Assembly (NCBI GenBank): GCA_043803945.1
Contig: JAZDJN010000111.1
Coordinates: 11,811-75,810 of the forward strand
Origin: a bacterium
GTDB lineage: Bacteria; Bacteroidota; Ignavibacteria; UBA10030
Reading direction: 5' to 3'
Length of the DNA stretch: 64,000 nt
Shown here piece by piece: positions 57,741 to 64,000 of the stretch. Made by a program: the position numbers and the translations under genes. Within the stretch, counting starts at the first letter, position 1, and each line of letters begins with the position of its first letter. The notes beneath the pieces are model-generated. The model saw only the letters and a list, made by a program, of their open reading frames with translations, ran no database searches and was not told where the DNA came from.

Positions 57741-60211
57741 GGGTGTCTTCTCGCTTTATTCGTTGTGATTGGGAAGCGCATTGTAAATTTGCTGCCAACA
57801 CCTACTGCACTCTCAACTGTAATCGTACCCTGGTGTGCGTCAACAATATGTTTGACGAGTGAAAGGCCAAGACCGGCACCACCGACCTGGCAGCTTCGGT
57901 CATCGGAGATTCGATAGAAGCGTTCAAAGATCTTCGTCGATTCCGAGGAAGGTATGCCAAAACCTGTATCGGAGATCTCGAGTAAAAGATGACCTTGTTC
58001 TTTGCAGGCTTTCAAATTAATCTCCGATTTATCCTTTGAATATTTTAAGGCATTCGACAGAAGATTCAGGATCGCCTGCTCGAGAGCGTCCGGATCAGCA
58101 GAGATGGCGGGTAATTTCTTTTGGATCGCAACCCTGACTCTGGCTTTATGTTTTTTCACCTCGTACTCAATCGCTTTCAATGCCCGATGAGTAACCCCCT
58201 CAATGCTCAAAGGAACAAATTTGTATTCCCGCATCCCACGTTCGATTTTGGCGAAATCCATAATGTTGCCGATCAGCCGCGAAAGGCGCTCACTTTCACC
58301 ATAAATAATCCTCAGATATTCCTTCTGTTTTCTCCGACTTACGTTCCGCTGAACCATCAGAGTCTCTGCGAACATCCGGATGGAGGTCAATGGCATACGC
58401 AATTCATGAGAAATGCTTGATACAAAGTAGGACTTAAGGGCATTCAGTTCTTCCAACCGCTGCTTCTCTTGCCGCGTCAGGAGGATTTGTTCCTGCAGGA
58501 TCAACCGATCGAGAATATCCCGGGTGTGGGCACAGACCGTCTCCAGTAGAGAAACTTCTTCATCCTGAATGATTTCAGTCTGCACATGGGGTGTCAGCGT
58601 GAGGATACCAAACAGTTTCTGCTCACCTATGCAAATCGGAATGCATAACGACCACTTCATCAATCCAAGCCATTCCTGAATCTCCCTCAGTTCAGGAAGG
58701 TCGGCCGATCCTTTTTTCACTCCCCTGATGATCATTCCACAGTTGAGGGCCGATTGGATTTTGTCCGGTACTTGCACTTTGTCAGGCGGCTTCATTCCGA
58801 TACCGGCGAGGTACTCCCATCCATCGGATGTATTCCTATAAAGATCGACGGCGTTCGTTGGAATGCACTGATGGACAGATTCTACGAGATGCCGATAGAG
58901 TTCCTCCCGGCTTAACGATGAATCAAGACTTTTCCTAATTTGATCGAGAGCGCGCCGATAGTTGGCACGAGCAGCAAAAAAGGTTTCATCCACAAAACCT
59001 TGCAGCCAGCGTCGGAAAGGATGCAGCGCAAGGCCAAAAATCAGCATGAGCAATGCAAAGGAAAAATATTTCCCAAAGACTTTCTCCCCTCCAACCATAG
59101 AGACAGTGAGCAGTACCGTTAATACATAGATGACAACAATAATAAATGAGAGAATGCTGTAGACGATTGTACGGTTGATGAGCAATTCAATATCGAGAAG
59201 TTGGTACCGAAGGAATGCAATCGCAAAGGAGACCGGCACGGCGAGGAAACAGATGGTGGTGTACTCTTCAGGAACTAAAACTTGGGAAAAAATGATTTGG
59301 GGAAGAATATGAACAATCAGATAAGGCAGAATGCCTATTCCCAATCCCCAGAGAATCCAGAATAATTGTTTTCGTTCCTGCATCGTCAGGTTTTGTCGCG
59401 TTGAAGATAAAATGAAATAGAATCCTCCACCGGAAAAAAGAAAAAGAGAACTATGAAAGAGATCGAAGAGTAGTTGGAATGTATTGAGTGTTGATAGATC
59501 TGCTGTTTCCAGTACCTTGATGTGGCTGAGCCCAAGAAAAAATCCTACACAGAGAACCGCGATCATAATCCATGGAGTGGCTTGCGCCAATCGCTTCACC
59601 CTTTCGACAGGAAATGATAAACCGAATATCAGGAAGGAGACTGCTACACCCAGATAGGCCATAAACCAGATTGTCCTGCTGATGTACATCTCCCACGATC
59701 CCGGCGGGGCCGCTCCCCACGTAATCATGATCGTTGTGCCAAAGGAAACCATCATCCAATGCGTCACACGGGCCGCTAATTTATCCGATTGCGTGAGAAG
59801 AACAAAAACTCCCACAAAGAAAATACAGAGACCGACGATGAGTGAAATGACGAGGAATCGCGATGATTGATAGAACTCTATCAATCTGATTGAGGTCGTG
59901 AAACTGCTGTCGCCCCGTAGAAATGTACAGCGGATTGAAGAATGGAGGGGGCGGACATCGGCAAGATATTCTATCATCTCAGGAAAATGAACTTCCACCT
60001 CTTCCCATCTTAGAATAGTATCTCCGGCTTTAGCATCCCGACATGCACTTGAATCAATGATCTCAGCAACAAGGGGATGTAGATCGCCTTGAGCCACCTC
60101 AAAGGGTATACCAGGTCGATCGAGAATTTTAGGAATGTGATTAAAGCAGAGAATCAGAATGATGAGGTCGACACAGAGATAGAGGACGGTACGAAAGCCC
60201 AATGGCTTCAT
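57737..60211 (-). CDS. Multi-TM sensor histidine kinase with GAF-like domain
   Basis: SHELRMPLT H-box, NLLSNALKYS, DTGFGI, FERFYR and GAGLGL; many TMs; ATGA overlap with the regulator. Confidence 0.92.
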   Translation of the reverse strand: MKPLGFRTVLYLCVDLIILILCFNHIPKILDRPGIPFEVAQGDLHPLVAEIIDSSACRDAKAGDTILRWEEVEVHFPEMIEYLADVRPLHSSIRCTFLRGDSSFTTSIRLIEFYQSSRFLVISLIVGLCIFFVGVFVLLTQSDKLAARVTHWMMVSFGTTIMITWGAAPPGSWEMYISRTIWFMAYLGVAVSFLIFGLSFPVERVKRLAQATPWIMIAVLCVGFFLGLSHIKVLETADLSTLNTFQLLFDLFHSSLFLFSGGGFYFILSSTRQNLTMQERKQLFWILWGLGIGILPYLIVHILPQIIFSQVLVPEEYTTICFLAVPVSFAIAFLRYQLLDIELLINRTIVYSILSFIIVVIYVLTVLLTVSMVGGEKVFGKYFSFALLMLIFGLALHPFRRWLQGFVDETFFAARANYRRALDQIRKSLDSSLSREELYRHLVESVHQCIPTNAVDLYRNTSDGWEYLAGIGMKPPDKVQVPDKIQSALNCGMIIRGVKKGSADLPELREIQEWLGLMKWSLCIPICIGEQKLFGILTLTPHVQTEIIQDEEVSLLETVCAHTRDILDRLILQEQILLTRQEKQRLEELNALKSYFVSSISHELRMPLTSIRMFAETLMVQRNVSRRKQKEYLRIIYGESERLSRLIGNIMDFAKIERGMREYKFVPLSIEGVTHRALKAIEYEVKKHKARVRVAIQKKLPAISADPDALEQAILNLLSNALKYSKDKSEINLKACKEQGHLLLEISDTGFGIPSSESTKIFERFYRISDDRSCQVGGAGLGLSLVKHIVDAHQGTITVESAVGVGSKFTMRFPITTNKARRHP

Positions 60212-60362
60212 GATCCAGTGCCTTATAGATGGGGTTCTTCCAATTGCCGAAAGTGTAAGAACTTCAAGCGAAAGAATCAAGCCTTCCGGAATTACACTGG
60301 GAAGAAAAGGAAAGGCCACTCAGTAAGCGGCCTTGAACAGATACATTTGTGTGAAAGTTCGT

Positions 60363-60926
60363 CTATTTCAGCCGATGGGCAATTGTCGCAGCTGCAACGA
60401 TTTTCAATCCATCCCACACAGAGAATACGAAGAAACCCGCCTGGAATGATTTTGACCAGTCATGAAAATAAACAAGATTGAGCTGCACCACACCGGCGCT
60501 AAAAATAATGATCATTCCGGCCACCATAAAAACAACTGCGAATGCATACCTGGCAAAGGCTGAATACAGAGACCGGTATAATGGCAGGGAGAAGAATGTG
60601 CCGATAATATAAGCGGCAATGGGGAAACTCAGAAGATATCCGCCCGTCGGCCCGAGCAATCGTGCTGGCCCAAAACCTGCATGGGCAAACACCGGAACTC
60701 CGATCAATCCTACAGCGAGATACAGAACCATGCTCAAAAATCCATAGCGAGGCCCAAGAACCACTCCTGCAAGGAGAACAACAAGCGTCTGGAAGGTCAT
60801 CGGTACGGGCTGCAATGGAATCTCGAGTTGTGCTCCGACAGCAGTGAGGAGGACAAACAGCGAGATGAGTAATGCTTGAGTAAATACTTTATGCCTGGCA
60901 AGTGATAAACTGCTTAACGTAGTCAT
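60363..60926 (-). CDS. bioY: Biotin transporter BioY
   Basis: VPMTFQT, G.PVF and GPTGGYL; start at ATG 60926. Confidence 0.9.
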   Translation of the reverse strand: MTTLSSLSLARHKVFTQALLISLFVLLTAVGAQLEIPLQPVPMTFQTLVVLLAGVVLGPRYGFLSMVLYLAVGLIGVPVFAHAGFGPARLLGPTGGYLLSFPIAAYIIGTFFSLPLYRSLYSAFARYAFAVVFMVAGMIIIFSAGVVQLNLVYFHDWSKSFQAGFFVFSVWDGLKIVAAATIAHRLK

Positions 60927-61050
60927 CGAACTCTTTCTCCTAATGAGCGACAACTGATTGTACGTAAATGTGATTGGAGATGCAATGGTACTGATTTGCA
61001 ATTAAAGCAATTTCACCTAAATTTCTCCACCAGAAAAATAAGGAGGACAT

Positions 61051-63666
61051 ATGTTTCGGAAGTTCATGACCATCACTGCTCTTATCATTGTTTCTCAACA
61101 AATCTTTGCGCAATCAATCCCCTTTTCGGGCTCTCTTGACCCTGGCATACCGACCATACAGTCCGTACTTGGCTACGATATCGGTGAACGCTTCACCGAT
61201 TATCGAAATCTGGAACGATATATTGATGCTCTCTCGCGATCGACCAACAGAATGCAGCGAATCGTATATGGAGAAACGAATGAACATCGCCCATTACAGA
61301 TAGTGGCCATTAGTTCACCCGAAAATTTGCAGCGAATAGAGGCAATCAAATCTTCAAATCTCAAACTCACCGATCCGCGAAATTTCAAATCAAGCGATGA
61401 ACTGAAATCGGCACTCAACGATCTTCCAGTCATTGTATTTCTGTCCTATGGAGTGCACGGGAACGAAGCCTGCTCACCCGAAGCTGCTCTTCTGACGGCG
61501 TACCAGCTCTGCGCCAGTACTGATCAGTCGATCAAGGACATCCTGAATCAGGCAATTGTGCTTATCGATCCACTTGCTAATCCTGATGGCCACGAGCGAT
61601 ACGCCCAATGGGCAAACAGCGCATTGGGAAAATTTATGAACACAAATCCCTCTGCCTATGAGCATAGCGAACCCTGGCCTGGTGGGCGAACCAATCATTA
61701 TTTCTTTGATTTGAATCGCGACTGGGCATGGCAAACCCAAATCGAAACGCGATCACGCCTCACCTTCTACCGGCAATGGATGCCGCATGTTCATGTCGAT
61801 TACCATGAGATGGGTTACACAAGCACATACTTCTTCTTCCCCGCAGCAGTGCCGGTCCACGAATCACTTCCACCTGATGTTGTCAAATGGGCCAAGATTT
61901 TTGCGCAGGGCAATGCTCAGGCGTTAGATAATGTCGGCGCTTCATACTATGTCGGAGAAAGCTTTGATTTATTCTATCCCGGATATGGTGATTCCTGGCC
62001 AACGTTCAACGGAGCGATCGGTATGACGTACGAACAAGCAGGAGGATCGCGTGGCGCCTTCGCCGTTCGAAGACCAGGCGGTGCTGTTCTTACGTTGAGG
62101 GACCGTGCACGGAATCATTTCCTCACGAGCATGGCAACAATTTCCACAAGCGTGAAGAATCGCCTTGAGCGCATCAAGGATTTTTCGGCATTCTGGGAAA
62201 CCGGCTTGAAGAACTCGGAGTCCACAAAAGGGTATCTCATCACAGAAGGACGAGATCCAAATCGTACCGGTAAACTTGTGCAGACACTCATCGACCAGGG
62301 TATCGAAGTCTATCAACTTCAAGAGGTGCAAACCTTAAGCGTGCAAAAATATTTCTCTAAAAAGCCATCGAACGAAACTATCGACAAAGGATCATACTAT
62401 ATTCCTTTACAGCAGCCTCACCAGCGTTTAGCGCGTGTACTGCTGGAACCCAAGGCCGCGTTTCGTGATACTTTTTTCTATGATATTTCCGCATGGTCGC
62501 TCCCGGTAGCGTATGGAGTTGCGGCCCATACCACGGAATCTGTCCTTCCCTCTTCTGCAAAAAAAATCAATCGCACAGAATTTGTACAAGGGAAAATAAT
62601 CGGCGGCAAGGCTGCATTCGCTTATCTCATTCCTCTCGATCGAAATAACGCCAGTATCCTGGCGCTTCAACTGCTTCAAAAAAAATATTCGCTCTCCGTA
62701 GCACACCGCCCATTTGAGATTGCCGGTCGAACATTCGGGCGGGGCACAATGATTGTCCGTACCGCAGAAAATGGTACCTCGCTCCATAAGACCATAGAAG
62801 ACTGTGCAAAATCACTTGGTGTCGACATCTATGCCGCAAATAGCGGACTTACAGATCAAGGGATCAGTTTAGGATCGAACTATATCTCGTTAATGAAAAA
62901 GGCGGAAGTGGCGATCGCCACCGGCGAAGGAGTCAGCTCGGGTGATTATGGAGAATTGTGGCACCTTTTCGATCAAGAGCTAAATCTTCCGTTTACAGCA
63001 GTACGATTATCGGAACTGACTTCGATGGATCTTTCACAAATCGATGTGGTAATTCTGCCTGATGGTAATGGCTACCAGACAACACTTGACACTGCTCGTA
63101 CCGATCGATTAAAGCGATGGGTACAGTCGGGGGGTGTGCTGATCGGGTTTGAAGGAGGCGCTCAATACCTCATGAAGAATCGCTCGGCGATAACCACTGC
63201 TGCCCTTAAAGCAGAAAAAAGAGAAGAAGAAAAATCGAAGGAAGAAAAAGAACAGGATCGATTGAAAAAAGAGGCACAAAAAAGGCTATCGTACTTCGAT
63301 AAATCCGAAAAGCAGCGTCTCGATATGATTCCGGGAAGCATCTTTAAAGCATTAATCGATACCACTCATCCAATTGGATATGGCTACCCCTCAGAAATCT
63401 TTGTTTTTAAAAGCGGCGGGCAACCTCTTGAATTAACCGAAACTGGGCATAATGTCGCACGATTCGCAAAAGATTCTCTCCAGACCAGTGGTTATGCCTC
63501 TGCAGAAAAAGCTGGCAAGCTTTCCGAAGCTGCCTACATTCAGGAATTTCGATTCGGTTCGGGCCGAGTCGTACTCTTTTCTGAGTCAATCTCCTTCAGA
63601 AGATTCTGGCAAAGTTTACAGAACTTATTACTAAACTCGATCCTTTTCCTTCCACAACCACGATAA
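61051..63666 (+). CDS. M14-family zinc carboxypeptidase (exported)
   Basis: Signal peptide, VHGNE, NPDG, DLNRD and DYHEM; C-terminal GATase-like domain. Confidence 0.88.
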   Translation: MFRKFMTITALIIVSQQIFAQSIPFSGSLDPGIPTIQSVLGYDIGERFTDYRNLERYIDALSRSTNRMQRIVYGETNEHRPLQIVAISSPENLQRIEAIKSSNLKLTDPRNFKSSDELKSALNDLPVIVFLSYGVHGNEACSPEAALLTAYQLCASTDQSIKDILNQAIVLIDPLANPDGHERYAQWANSALGKFMNTNPSAYEHSEPWPGGRTNHYFFDLNRDWAWQTQIETRSRLTFYRQWMPHVHVDYHEMGYTSTYFFFPAAVPVHESLPPDVVKWAKIFAQGNAQALDNVGASYYVGESFDLFYPGYGDSWPTFNGAIGMTYEQAGGSRGAFAVRRPGGAVLTLRDRARNHFLTSMATISTSVKNRLERIKDFSAFWETGLKNSESTKGYLITEGRDPNRTGKLVQTLIDQGIEVYQLQEVQTLSVQKYFSKKPSNETIDKGSYYIPLQQPHQRLARVLLEPKAAFRDTFFYDISAWSLPVAYGVAAHTTESVLPSSAKKINRTEFVQGKIIGGKAAFAYLIPLDRNNASILALQLLQKKYSLSVAHRPFEIAGRTFGRGTMIVRTAENGTSLHKTIEDCAKSLGVDIYAANSGLTDQGISLGSNYISLMKKAEVAIATGEGVSSGDYGELWHLFDQELNLPFTAVRLSELTSMDLSQIDVVILPDGNGYQTTLDTARTDRLKRWVQSGGVLIGFEGGAQYLMKNRSAITTAALKAEKREEEKSKEEKEQDRLKKEAQKRLSYFDKSEKQRLDMIPGSIFKALIDTTHPIGYGYPSEIFVFKSGGQPLELTETGHNVARFAKDSLQTSGYASAEKAGKLSEAAYIQEFRFGSGRVVLFSESISFRRFWQSLQNLLLNSILFLPQPR

Positions 63667-63684
63667 GAGAATTTGAAAAGCTCG

Positions 63685-63713
63685 TTGACTTACTGAAGTA
63701 TTTTGGATATATT
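63685..63713 (+). promoter_or_regulatory. Putative tRNA promoter
   Basis: TTGACT-17nt-TATATT. Confidence 0.6.
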
Positions 63714-63805
63714 TGTATCCCAACTTATACCAGGTTGGGATTTCTTTTTGGGATGCTATCCCAAGAAAATATGGGAGAAACATCCCGTTCTTTTGTTTGG
63801 GCGAT

Positions 63806-63877
<72 letters not shown>

Positions 63878-64000
63878 CGAGAATTCTGAGCGGTACGGTA
63901 CTTGATAAATTGATGGCAAAAAGGTTAAGGGAATATTTGGTATCCCAAAAAATACTTGGGGTCTTGTTAAACTGTAAGGCATCTCGCCTCTATAAGAATG

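Overview
Chromosomal window from a Gram-negative bacterium of the Bacteroidota/Chlorobi lineage, most likely Ignavibacteria. This is inferred from a T9SS-type C-terminal sorting domain, a fused E1 alpha-beta dehydrogenase, Shine-Dalgarno usage and sigma70-like promoters. The core backbone comprises an ilvD-ilvB-ilvN-ilvC-cimA operon with an unannotated Leu/Ile/Val leader peptide, a branched-chain 2-oxoacid dehydrogenase/lipoate cluster, smpB-tyrS-pdaD, an ECF sigma/anti-sigma pair, nuoA-F, mltG-tsaD, rpmB, pgsA-pgpA-cinA-thpR-recA-recX, bioY, an M14 peptidase and tRNA-Gln. There are three accessory blocks: (1) a low-GC three-gene HicA/HicB-like toxin-antitoxin module with a third gene; (2) an ERCC4 nuclease converging on a SNF2 helicase plus Zn-finger partner; (3) a ~17 kb island (43.1-60.3 kb). 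The island carries a candidate new aminolipid pathway: a lipid kinase, a PEMT/ICMT-BtaA(DUF3419) fusion, a YghO/ceramide-synthase-like GNAT, a PLP decarboxylase with an NspC-like CxAGD motif, a class II aldolase and a MacB-type ABC system. It also carries five Pho-box-like TGTCA-N6-TGTCA sites and an adjacent OmpR/PhoB two-component system. Several short intergenic hairpin (MITE-like) elements occur, and three of them carry a smaller palindrome inserted at the same register. No CRISPR array, rRNA, transposase or integrase was seen. All assignments come from motif recognition by eye; no database search was run.
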